64,000 nucleotides of DNA from Alphaproteobacteria bacterium. Its GTDB lineage: Bacteria > Pseudomonadota > Alphaproteobacteria > CALKHQ01. A program made the position numbers and the translations under genes. Where the stretch lies: NCBI GenBank assembly GCA_965227515.1, contig CBDDFZ010000001.1, positions 3,188,797 through 3,252,796 of the forward strand, in the 5' to 3' direction. Below, piece by piece: positions 41,334 to 50,242 of this stretch (position 1 is its first letter; each line of letters begins with the position of its first letter). The notes under the pieces were generated by a model. The model was not told where the DNA came from and ran no database searches. It saw nothing but the letters and a program-made list of their open reading frames with translations.

Positions 41334-42899
41334 TTGGTAGACGTAACCCAAATCGCCTCAGAGCATGCCGTTGTCGCCGCCGGGCACCGGCTGGCGTGCG
41401 ATGCCGCGGCCGCGACCATGGGCGATGGCGGAACGGTGGCGGATGCCGCAGTGGCCGCAGGTTTCGTGCTGGCGGTCGTGAACCCGCATGCGGCCACGTT
41501 GGGCGGCGACGCGTTCGTGCTGGTCCGCGACGGGGCAACAGGCCAGGTGCATGGCGTCAATGGCTCCGGCGCCGCGCCAGCGGGTGTCGACCCGGCGATG
41601 TTTCCCGAGGGCATGCCGCGCGCCGGGCCGCAGGTCTCCACGGTGCCGGGTTTCGTTGCCGCCATGGGCGAGATGCACGAACGCTTCGGGCGCCTGCCTT
41701 GGGCGGAACTGTTGGCGCCTGCGACCGCCCTCGCCCACGATGGCTTTGAGGTCAACGCATACCTGGCGGCGAACGCTGAGCGCTGTGCCGCGTTGCTGGC
41801 GCCGAACATGCGTGCCGCCGAATTGTTCCTGCCTGGCGACACGCCATTGGCCGCAGGCGACCGGCTTGTTCAGCCCGATCTCGCACGCACGCTGGAAGCG
41901 GTGGGTGCCGACGGTGCGCAGGCATTCTATCGCGGCGCGTTGGCGGAACGGCTTGCCGCAGGCATTGCGGACACTGGCGGCCTGGTGACGGCGGCCGACC
42001 TCGCCGCCCACCGCACCCTGTGGCAAGACCCGGTCTCCGCACCCTTCTGCGGGCGCGAGGTGGTGACCATGCCGCCGAACTCCTATGGGCTGACCATGCT
42101 GTTGCAACTTCTGCTGCTGGAGCGCGTCGGCGTCGCCGACATGGAGCCGGACGGGCCAGAGTTCGTGCTGGCGGGGTTGGCGGCGCGGCGCCGCGCCTAT
42201 GCCGCCGCGGCGGATGCGATCTGCGACCCGGTGGACGGCGAAGCGGCCGCCTGGCGGCTGCTCGACCGCGCCATCGACGGCGACCTCGCGGACGGCCCCA
42301 CGCCAGCCGAGGCCGAGGGCGGCACCACCAACATCTGCATCGCCGACCGCAACGGCAACGCCGTCTCGCTGGTCGCCAGCGTGTCGGCGCCGTTCGGCAA
42401 CTGCGTGATCGCGGGCGACACCGGCGTGTTGATGAACAACCGGCTTCGGGGGTTCTCCCTCGATGCCGCCAGTCCCAACCGGCTGGCACCGGGCCGGAGG
42501 CCCGCGCACACCCTGACGCCGGCCATGGTGCTGCGGGACGCGACACCGGAATGGATCATCGGCTCGCCCGGAACCGCCGGCCAGACCTGCGTGATGGCGC
42601 AACTGATCGCCCGCCTTGTCGCCTGCAATCTGGCGCCGGCGCAGGCCCTGGCCGCACCACGTTGGTCGGTCGATTTGCAGGGCAAGCCCATTGTCGAAAC
42701 GTCTCTTGATAACAATGTATTCGACGCTATTTCTGCCAAGGAAGCCGAACTGCGCCGCATGCCAGTTGGCTGGCAGACATTCGGGTCGGCCAAGGCCTGC
42801 CACTACGGCCCCAACGGCCTGACCGCCTATGCCGATCGCCGTCGCGCGGCCGATGTTGGCGCACTGGATCGCACTCTGGACCGGGCGCCCGGGCCATAG
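41334..42899 (+). CDS. gamma-glutamyltransferase family protein (no signal peptide)
   Basis: GGT motifs (GGTVADAAVAAGFVLAVVNP, nucleophile region GGTTNICIADRNGNAVS). TTG start 28 nt after the MITE copy. Confidence 0.75.
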   Translation: MVDVTQIASEHAVVAAGHRLACDAAAATMGDGGTVADAAVAAGFVLAVVNPHAATLGGDAFVLVRDGATGQVHGVNGSGAAPAGVDPAMFPEGMPRAGPQVSTVPGFVAAMGEMHERFGRLPWAELLAPATALAHDGFEVNAYLAANAERCAALLAPNMRAAELFLPGDTPLAAGDRLVQPDLARTLEAVGADGAQAFYRGALAERLAAGIADTGGLVTAADLAAHRTLWQDPVSAPFCGREVVTMPPNSYGLTMLLQLLLLERVGVADMEPDGPEFVLAGLAARRRAYAAAADAICDPVDGEAAAWRLLDRAIDGDLADGPTPAEAEGGTTNICIADRNGNAVSLVASVSAPFGNCVIAGDTGVLMNNRLRGFSLDAASPNRLAPGRRPAHTLTPAMVLRDATPEWIIGSPGTAGQTCVMAQLIARLVACNLAPAQALAAPRWSVDLQGKPIVETSLDNNVFDAISAKEAELRRMPVGWQTFGSAKACHYGPNGLTAYADRRRAADVGALDRTLDRAPGP

Positions 42900-42943
42900 C
42901 ATAACTACGCCCTCGCACCGACCAGGGGGAGACGCATACCGCG

Positions 42944-44011
42944 ATGGCCGAACAGCTCAACTACGAGGTTGCCTGCCTGCAAACCCGCTCGCGGCAGGTC
43001 TCGCGCGACGACGACGCCCAGCGCGACGCCGATATCCGCGCCAACCTAGAGCGGATCTTCGAGCTCATCGACTACATCACAGCGTTCGGCAATTCCGAGG
43101 TGCGGCTGATCGTGCTGCCGGAATACGCCATCAACGCGCGCTGGCACCGCATGGAACTGGAAGACTGGATGCGCATCTGCACCACCATTCCGGGCCCCTA
43201 CACCGACCTGATCGGCGAGAAGGCGAAGGAGCGCAAGGTCTTCATCGCGGCCAACCTGTTCGAGGTGCACGAGGCCTATCCGGGCCGGTTCTTCAACTGC
43301 TCCTGCCTGATCGGGCCCGACGGGAAGGTGCTGATCAAACACTGGAAAAACAACAACAATGCCTGGGTCTTCCCCTACACCACGCCGTCCGACATCTATT
43401 CCGACTTCGTCGCCCGGTTCGGGCGCGAGAACCTGTTCCCGGTCGCACGCACGGAGATCGGCAACATCGGGCTGTTGACCTGCGGCGAGCTCGGATTCCC
43501 CGAGAACGCCCGCTGCACCATGCTGAACGGCGCCGAGGTGCTGCTGCACCTGACGTCGGAGCCGCACAACCTCAGCCACGGCGACGTACGCAACTGGGAG
43601 GCGCTGCGCACCGCGCGCGCCTATGAGAACAAGTGCTTCTTGGCGATGGCCAATATCGGCATGTACGAGGGCGCGCTGCGTGGCCTGCATGGCAGCCACG
43701 GCGACAGCGCCATCCACAATTTCGACGGCTCGATACTGAACAAGATCAATGGCGGCGGCGAAGGCACCATCAAGGGGCCGATCGACCTGAACGCCCTGCG
43801 CCGGGTGCGCGCCAAGCCGTTCCACCCGGTGACCCTGCGCGCCGAGATGTATGCCAAGGAGTACGAAGCCACCGTGAGCTGGCCCAATGACGGCTTCCTG
43901 GAAAAGCCGATCGAAAGCATTGAGGAGACGCGCGCCCAGTTCCGCCGCCTGGTGGAGGAGCGCCGCGCCCGCGGCATCGACAAGGCCCCCCGCGACTATG
44001 CCCCCGAGTAG
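42944..44011 (+). CDS. carbon-nitrogen hydrolase (nitrilase superfamily) amidase-like protein
   Basis: E-K-C triad context (VLPEY, HWK, LLTCGELGFPE). Confidence 0.7.
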   Translation: MAEQLNYEVACLQTRSRQVSRDDDAQRDADIRANLERIFELIDYITAFGNSEVRLIVLPEYAINARWHRMELEDWMRICTTIPGPYTDLIGEKAKERKVFIAANLFEVHEAYPGRFFNCSCLIGPDGKVLIKHWKNNNNAWVFPYTTPSDIYSDFVARFGRENLFPVARTEIGNIGLLTCGELGFPENARCTMLNGAEVLLHLTSEPHNLSHGDVRNWEALRTARAYENKCFLAMANIGMYEGALRGLHGSHGDSAIHNFDGSILNKINGGGEGTIKGPIDLNALRRVRAKPFHPVTLRAEMYAKEYEATVSWPNDGFLEKPIESIEETRAQFRRLVEERRARGIDKAPRDYAPE

Positions 44012-44063
44012 CGCCTTGCCCCCTCGCCGCCGCGTCAGCGTTCATCTGAAATCGAAGGAATGT

Positions 44064-44216
44064 TGACGCCCTCGGCCCTGTGCCGAGGGCCCATTCATCA
44101 CGCGTTCACTTGGCTTGCGGTCCTGGCTCGCTATCGCCCGCAGGTGCGGCGCGAATCTTGTAACCGATTGGGCATCGGACAAAAATGGGCCCTCGGCACA
44201 AGGCCGAGGGCGTCAA
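44064..44216. repeat. family B MITE-like element, copy 2
   Basis: TGACGCCCTCGGCCCTGTGCCGAGGGCCCATTCATC ... AAAAATGGGCCCTCGGCACAAGGCCGAGGGCGTCA. Confidence 0.7.
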
Positions 44217-44280
44217 GATGGTGGGTTGATATGCCGATAGAGGCAACATGCGCGCTCTGTTGTATCTCAAGGTCGCTCAA

Positions 44281-44850
44281 ATGCGCCGCCTGATCGTCGG
44301 CATCACAGGCGCGTCCTGCGCCATCTACGGCATCCGCGCGCTGCAGGTTCTGCAGACCGTGGACGATGTTGAGACCCACCTTGTGCTCTCGCCCTCGGCC
44401 CTGCGCACCATTGTCGACGAAACCGACGTGCCTGCGGCTGATGTCCGCGACATGGCCGACGTGGTGCACGACTACCGCGACATCGGCGCCGGGCCGGCCA
44501 GCGGATCGTTCCTTGCCCACGGCATGCTGGTCGCCCCCTGCTCCATCAAGACGCTGAGCGGCATCGCCAATTCCTACGACGACAATCTGATCGTGCGCGC
44601 CGCCGACGTGTGCCTGAAGGAACAGCGCCGCCTGGTCCTGATGTTGCGGGAGACCCCGCTGCATGCCGGCCATCTGGAGTTGATGCTGCGCGCGGCGCGC
44701 ATCGGTGCGGTCATCGCGCCGCCGATGCCGGCGTTCTACCCCCGGCCGCAGACGCTGGACGACCTGATCGACCACGCGGTCGGTCGCGCGTTGGACCTGT
44801 TCGACATCGATGCAGGTGTGGTGAAGCGCTGGAAGGACAGCGCGGGATAG
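44281..44850 (+). CDS. ubiX: UbiX/Pad1 family flavin prenyltransferase
   Basis: MRRLIVGITGASCAIYGIRALQVL and SYDDNLIVRAADVCLKEQRRLVLMLRETPLH. Confidence 0.85.
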   Translation: MRRLIVGITGASCAIYGIRALQVLQTVDDVETHLVLSPSALRTIVDETDVPAADVRDMADVVHDYRDIGAGPASGSFLAHGMLVAPCSIKTLSGIANSYDDNLIVRAADVCLKEQRRLVLMLRETPLHAGHLELMLRAARIGAVIAPPMPAFYPRPQTLDDLIDHAVGRALDLFDIDAGVVKRWKDSAG

Positions 44851-44869
44851 CTCGGCGACTGCGTAGATG

Positions 44870-46110
44870 GGCTAACGGCCCTTGTTTGGTGGCGTGCATG
44901 AGTGGTCGTCCCTCAAGATGTCGGTGTCATACACGGAGTCGGGTTTGCCGCTCCAAGACATCGAGGAGAGACGACCATGAACTACTATGCCGGGATTGAC
45001 GTTTCTTTGGAATGGTCATCGGTGTGCGTTGTTGACGGCGCGGGCGGGATTGTCTGCGAGGCTCGTATTGCGAGCACGCCGGCGGGTTTGTTGTTGTGGT
45101 TTGGGTCTTTGGGGATTTCGGTTGAGCGGATTGGTCTTGAGGCGGGGCCGTTGTCGCAATGGCTTGTGCGGGGATGTAGCGAGGGCGGTCTTTCGGTTGA
45201 GTTGCTGGAGACGCGTCATGTTGCGCGAGCGCTTTCGACGATGCCGGTGAAGTCGGACCGCTCGGACGCACGCGGGATTGCTCAGCTGATGCGTGTGGGC
45301 TGGTTTCGGCCGGTTCACTGCAAGTCTTTGGCGGCCCAGGAGATGCGGGCCCTTTTGAAGGGTCGCGACCAGCTCCGCGCGAAGCTGCACGATCTTGAGA
45401 TGCACCTTCGTGGTCAGCTGCGGAACTTCGGGCTGAAGGTAGGGCACACCACCAGGCGCAGCTTTTCGACACGTATTTCGGAGCTTGTGGCGGGGCATCC
45501 GGTACTGGAGGCGGTGGCGGGGGCGCTGCTGTCGGCACGCGATGGCCTGTTGCTATCGTTCACGGCGCTGGACCGGCAGGTCCGGGCGGCGGCGCAGGCC
45601 GACGATCGCGCTCGCCTGCTGATGACGGTGCCGGGCGTGGGGAGCATTGTCGGACTGACCTACTTGTCGGGAGTGGACGACCCCGGGCGGTTTGCCTCGT
45701 CGCGCCTGGTGGGTGCGCACTTCGGCCTGACGCCGACCAAGCGCCAGTCGGGCGAGAGCGAGGTGATGGGGCGGATATCGAAGGTAGGGGACGCCGATGT
45801 GCGCTCGGCCCTCTATGAGGCGGCACACGTGGTTCTGACCCGGCCGATCGAGGGCGGCTGGCTGAAGAGCTGGGCGATGAAGCTGGCCAGGCGTGCGGGC
45901 ATGAGGAAGGCGAAGGTCGCGCTGGCGCGCCGGCTCGCCGTGATCATGCACCGGATGTGGGTTGACGGCACACCGTTCAACCATGCCGGACCGGTGCGCC
46001 CGGCGATGGCGACAGCATGATGGCCGCGGCATAAGGAGAACCGACACACGAGCTTCGACGGGCACCGACACCGGCCCGTCGAGCGCCGTCCCGCGCCGGG
46101 ACGATGGATC
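44870..46110 (+). mobile_element. IS110-family insertion sequence (boundaries approximate)
   Basis: Contains the DEDD-type transposase. IS110 elements lack clear TIRs, so ends are not assignable from sequence. It separates ubiX from the downstream decarboxylase-like gene. Confidence 0.5.
44977..46020 (+). CDS. IS110 family transposase
   Basis: N-terminal MNYYAGIDVSLEWSSVCVVD (DEDD RuvC-like) and a C-terminal Transposase_20-like MTVPGVGSIVGLTYLSGVDDPGRFASSRLVGAHFGLTPTKRQSGE. Confidence 0.85.
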   Translation: MNYYAGIDVSLEWSSVCVVDGAGGIVCEARIASTPAGLLLWFGSLGISVERIGLEAGPLSQWLVRGCSEGGLSVELLETRHVARALSTMPVKSDRSDARGIAQLMRVGWFRPVHCKSLAAQEMRALLKGRDQLRAKLHDLEMHLRGQLRNFGLKVGHTTRRSFSTRISELVAGHPVLEAVAGALLSARDGLLLSFTALDRQVRAAAQADDRARLLMTVPGVGSIVGLTYLSGVDDPGRFASSRLVGAHFGLTPTKRQSGESEVMGRISKVGDADVRSALYEAAHVVLTRPIEGGWLKSWAMKLARRAGMRKAKVALARRLAVIMHRMWVDGTPFNHAGPVRPAMATA

Positions 46111-46440
46111 AGGTCAGGCCGCCATCCGGGATGTCGCCTCGCATGAGAGCACGCTTCCGTAGATTGGACCGACCGATCCTCGCATATCCATCTTGGCGGC
46201 GGCCCTGCGCCGACCCCGTACAGAAGCATGACCCAGGCGCCGGGACGACGAAAAAGGGATTGACCAACAATGGCCCGTTACAGAAGCCTGGGTGAAGCGC
46301 AGCGAAACCCGGGTTCCACTTCGTTCCACCCAGGCTACGAGCCTGAGCGAGGCCGCCACCTCCTCACAAAATTACCTTTGTAATTTCGCGAAAGAAAAAA
46401 GCTATTGTTCCGCGCCATTTTTCGTTAGCCTTGATGCATG

Positions 46441-46560
46441 GTCATTTCATTCGGCACCAGCCCTCTCCCCCACCCGGCCGCCCAACGACAGTATCCTGCT
46501 GGGTGGCCGGGTGGGGGAGAGGGCTGGCGCAGATTCAGCGCAAGCTGAGCTTGAGCTAGG
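46441..46560. repeat. family A hairpin intergenic repeat, copy 3
   Basis: TTCGGCACCAGCCCTCTCCCCCACCCGGCCGCC...GGCCGGGTGGGGGAGAGGGCTGGCGCAGATTCAGCGCAAGCTGAGCTTGAGCTAG. Confidence 0.8.
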
Positions 46561-46635
46561 CACCAATCGTGCCGATGAGGCCGCCGCGACGGGTGCATCC
46601 GCCTGGCGCCGGTGCCGTGAAACGAGGAGATTGTC

Positions 46636-47820
46636 GTGCGTAAGGGATTCCGGGTCATCGACGTAGACAGCCACGTGACGCCGTCGCTTGAGGTGCTGCA
46701 CAAATACGCCAGCCAGGCACTCAAGGACCGCTGGGACGAGTTCAATCCCTATCTGCGCGAGATGAACTCACCCCCGGGCCGCGGCCACCCGACCGGACCC
46801 TGGCACACCATCAAGGTCAACCCGATCCCCTACAACCGCATTGCCGGCGAGAAGCCCGGCGTGGAGTTCGCCGAAAAGGGCGGCAAGGGCGCCTTGGAAT
46901 CGCGGGTCAAGAATATCTCGAAGTACGAGTGTGCCGAGCGCATCCAGCACGACAATCCCGATGGCCGTGTCGCCGACATGGACACCGAGGGCGTGGACGT
47001 GAACGTGCTGATCCCGGGCACCTGGGCCTCGGCCTCCACCGCACTCGATCCTGGCCTGTCGTCGCTGCTCTACGGCGCCTATCACGACTACATGGCGGAT
47101 TTCTGCAGCGGTCACCCCAACCGTCTGCTGGGCCTGTTCCTGGCGCCCGGCAACAACATCGAATGGGCGGTGGAGAACCTAAAGAAGCGCGGCGAGGAAG
47201 GCTGGGTCTCGTGCGTCTGGCCGTGCCTGCCCGAGGGCATGCCGATCGACGACCCGGACCTGGAGCCGTTGTGGGAGGTGATGAACGACCTGCACCTGCC
47301 GATCATCCACCACTCGTTCTTCTATGAGCCGCCGTACTTCCCGGGGTATCGCGACATCTGGGGCAACGCCGCCATCGCGCGCACCGCCGCCCACCCCTGG
47401 GGCGCGCAGCGCCTGCTCGCCTACGTGATTGCCGGCGGCATCCTGGACCGGCACCCCAACATCAAGGTGGGCTTCGCGGAAACCGGACACGGCTGGCTGC
47501 CCTACTGGGTGAAGCGTCTCGACAGCCAGGTGACCTATGTCGCCGGCACCGTGCGCCCGCTGAAGTACCTGCCCAGCGAATACGTCAAGATGGGCCGGGT
47601 GTTCTGCTGCATCGAAAGCCACGAGGGCCCGGAGATGACCAAGGCGGTGATCGACGTGCTGGGCGACGGCTGCCTGATGTATGCCTCCGACTTCCCACAC
47701 CCGGAGTGCGACTGGCCGCATTCGGTCGACAACGTGATCGCGTGGGAGAACCACCTGGGCAACGAGCCGCTGCGCAAGCTGTTGGGCGCCAACGCCGACA
47801 ATTATCTGCGCGTCGCCTGA
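46636..47820 (+). CDS. amidohydrolase-2 family metal-dependent hydrolase/decarboxylase-like (ACMSD/LigW-type TIM barrel)
   Basis: N-terminal VIDVDSHV metal-binding start, then the HHSF and ETGHGWLPY...ASDFPHPE motifs of PF04909-like enzymes. AGGAGA SD and GTG start. Confidence 0.65.
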   Translation: MRKGFRVIDVDSHVTPSLEVLHKYASQALKDRWDEFNPYLREMNSPPGRGHPTGPWHTIKVNPIPYNRIAGEKPGVEFAEKGGKGALESRVKNISKYECAERIQHDNPDGRVADMDTEGVDVNVLIPGTWASASTALDPGLSSLLYGAYHDYMADFCSGHPNRLLGLFLAPGNNIEWAVENLKKRGEEGWVSCVWPCLPEGMPIDDPDLEPLWEVMNDLHLPIIHHSFFYEPPYFPGYRDIWGNAAIARTAAHPWGAQRLLAYVIAGGILDRHPNIKVGFAETGHGWLPYWVKRLDSQVTYVAGTVRPLKYLPSEYVKMGRVFCCIESHEGPEMTKAVIDVLGDGCLMYASDFPHPECDWPHSVDNVIAWENHLGNEPLRKLLGANADNYLRVA

Positions 47821-47872
47821 TCGGCAGGCGTGGCGTAGACTGCGGGCTTCGGCGAACAGCGGGACACCGGTC

Positions 47873-48700
47873 TTGGATTACGAGGACGCGCACCGCTACG
47901 TCGCCCGCGCTCGGGCGGAAGGGGCAGCCCGAGACACCAAGGTGACGGTGGCGATCCTGGATGCGGCGGGCCACCCGGTGCTGGTGGCGCGCGGCAAGCC
48001 GGATACGTGGCACGGGCCGTACATGGCCATGGGCAAGGCGCGGCTGGCGGCGGCGTTTCGCAAGCCGACCGCCGACCTGCTGGAGCGCTGGGAGGACCGG
48101 CCGCTGTTCGCCCAGAGCCTGACCGAGGTCATCCCCGGCGGCGTGACCCTGAACAAGGGTGGCTACCCGATCTTCCGCGACGGCAAATGCGTCGGTGCGA
48201 TCGGGGTTGGCGGCGGGTCGCCAGATATCGATGATGCGGTGGCCAGGGCGACGGTGGAGGCGCTGGCGGATGATGCGCCCGATGATGCGAGCAATGAGGC
48301 GGAAGTGACTGATAATTTGGAAAAGACGCCGATCCACACCGATGGCGCGCCGACGCCGACCGGGCCGTTCAACCAGGCCATGGTCTGGAACAATCTGGTG
48401 TTCACCTCGGGCCAGGCCGGGCGCAACCGGGAGACCGGCCAGATGGGCGACATCTCCGATCAGGCGCGGCGCTGCATCACCAACATCGGCAATGTGCTGG
48501 AGGCGTCGGGCAGCTCGCTCGCCCACCTGCTGAAGGTGACCGTGTTCCTGAAGGACGCCGCCGACTGGAAGGCCTTCAACGAGGTCTACGTCGAGTTGGT
48601 GCCGGAGCCGCGCCCTGCCCGCTCCTCCGCGGTCGTGCAGCTCAAGAACCCGGACATGCTGGTGGAGATGGAGGCCGTGGCCTACGTGCCCCAGAAATGA
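47873..48700 (+). CDS. fusion protein: GlcG/HbpS-like (DUF336) domain + RidA (YjgF/Endoribonuclease L-PSP) domain
   Basis: The N-terminal half (VTVAILDAAGHPVLVARGKPDTWHGPYMAMGKARLAAAF...GGVTLNKGGYPIFRDGKCVGAIGVGGGSPDIDD) matches GlcG-type proteins. The C-terminal half (PTPTGPFNQAMVWNNLVFTSGQAG...VTVFLKDAADWKAFNEVY...MLVEMEAVA) matches RidA. TTG start. Confidence 0.6.
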   Translation: MDYEDAHRYVARARAEGAARDTKVTVAILDAAGHPVLVARGKPDTWHGPYMAMGKARLAAAFRKPTADLLERWEDRPLFAQSLTEVIPGGVTLNKGGYPIFRDGKCVGAIGVGGGSPDIDDAVARATVEALADDAPDDASNEAEVTDNLEKTPIHTDGAPTPTGPFNQAMVWNNLVFTSGQAGRNRETGQMGDISDQARRCITNIGNVLEASGSSLAHLLKVTVFLKDAADWKAFNEVYVELVPEPRPARSSAVVQLKNPDMLVEMEAVAYVPQK

Positions 48701-48732
48701 TGACAGCACGGCACCACCACACCCACCCGTCA

Positions 48733-48905
48733 TCCTCGCCCTTGTGGCGAGGATCCATTCATGGCCAGCGCGCGAGCCGCGGGCTCGGCTTGCGGCGCAC
48801 CGTGGTGGAGCGCATAGATGTCCTTGCAGGACCGGCAATCACGAACAAGGCCCGCAATCGCGCCCTGCACAGCGATGGGTCCTCGGCACAAGGCCGAGGA
48901 CGACG
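48733..48905. repeat. family B MITE-like element, copy 3
   Basis: TCATCCTCGCCCTTGTGGCGAGGATCCATTCATGG ... GCGATGGGTCCTCGGCACAAGGCCGAGGACGACGA. Confidence 0.7.
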
Positions 48906-48923
48906 ATATTTTGTTGGAAAAGC

Positions 48924-50045
48924 ATGCTCCGCATCGTCGACCTGAAGAAGAGCTACATCGCCGACGACGAGCGGGTCGACGCCCTGCGCGGCATCTCGTT
49001 CGAGGTCGACGAGGGCGACTTCTTCACCCTGCTCGGCCCCAGCGGCTCGGGCAAGAGTACGGCGCTGCGCTGCGTCGCCGGCCTGGAGCACGCCCAGGGT
49101 GGCGAGATCTGGATCGGCGACCAGTGTGTGTTCTCGGCCGAAAAGCGGATCATGGTGCCGCCGGATGCGCGGCCCATCGGCATGGTGTTCCAGTCCTACG
49201 CCATCTGGCCGCACATGTCAGTGTTCGAGAACGTGGCCTTCCCGCTGCGCCACGGCTCCACCGAGGGTCGCCTCGGCCGCGAGCAGATCCAGGAACGGGT
49301 CGACGAGGCGCTGGGCAAGGTGCACTTGCAGGGCTATGGCGCGCGGCCCGCGCCGCAGCTTTCCGGCGGTCAGCAGCAGCGTGTCGCGCTGGCCCGCGCC
49401 CTGGTGCGGCGGCCGAAGCTGCTGCTGCTCGACGAACCGTTGTCGAACCTGGACGCCAAGCTGCGCGAGGAAATGCGGATCGAGTTGAAGGAAATCACTG
49501 AAGCGCTTGGCATCACGGCATTTTTCGTCACCCATGACCAGATCGAAGCGCTGGCGATGTCCGACAGGATCGGCGTCATCATGGAAGGCAATTTGATCGA
49601 AATAGGCACCCCGCACGAGGTCTACACCAACTCGCCGAGCCGGGTGGTTGCGGGCTTCCTGGGCGTGGTCAACGTGATCGAGGGTCGGGTGACCGCGTGC
49701 GACGCCGATGGCTGCGTGACGGTGGAGACCGACTGCGGCCGGGTGCGCTCGACACGGGCCGGCGGTGTGGCGACGGACACCCAGGCCGCCGTGGTCATCC
49801 GCCCGGAGGCGCCGATTTGCAGCCGCATCGCCCCCGCTGACGACCCGACGGCCAGCAATGTGTTCGAGGGCACGGTGACCAGCGTGTCGTTCCTGGGCGG
49901 CTACATCGATGCCGAGGTCGAGATTGCCTCCAATGGCGCCGGCCCGCGGCAGCTCAAGGTCAGCCTCAACCCCTACGACCACTTCACGCCGGGCGAGCGC
50001 ATCTACGTCCAGGTGCCGCAGGACCGCTGCCAGGTACTGCCTTAG
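48924..50045 (+). CDS. ABC transporter ATP-binding protein (PotA/FbpC-like with C-terminal TOBE domain)
   Basis: Walker A GPSGSGKST, signature LSGGQQQRVALARAL, Walker B LLLLDEP and an H-loop. No adjacent permease or SBP. Confidence 0.8.
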   Translation: MLRIVDLKKSYIADDERVDALRGISFEVDEGDFFTLLGPSGSGKSTALRCVAGLEHAQGGEIWIGDQCVFSAEKRIMVPPDARPIGMVFQSYAIWPHMSVFENVAFPLRHGSTEGRLGREQIQERVDEALGKVHLQGYGARPAPQLSGGQQQRVALARALVRRPKLLLLDEPLSNLDAKLREEMRIELKEITEALGITAFFVTHDQIEALAMSDRIGVIMEGNLIEIGTPHEVYTNSPSRVVAGFLGVVNVIEGRVTACDADGCVTVETDCGRVRSTRAGGVATDTQAAVVIRPEAPICSRIAPADDPTASNVFEGTVTSVSFLGGYIDAEVEIASNGAGPRQLKVSLNPYDHFTPGERIYVQVPQDRCQVLP

Positions 50046-50242
50046 CGACAACGACCGGTGTGGCCTTACGTAAGAAAGGGCAGCGCCCGTCGGCACTGCC
50101 CTTTCTTGTGGCGCCTTTGCTCGCCCATCGGCGGCGTTTGCTTGCCTGTTCGCCTGCGATGCGTGGCCTGCATGTGTCGCGGCCGATGCTCACACGGCGG
50201 TCATAGGCGCCAAGAATGGTTTAGGTGGTGTGCGGTTCCCGA

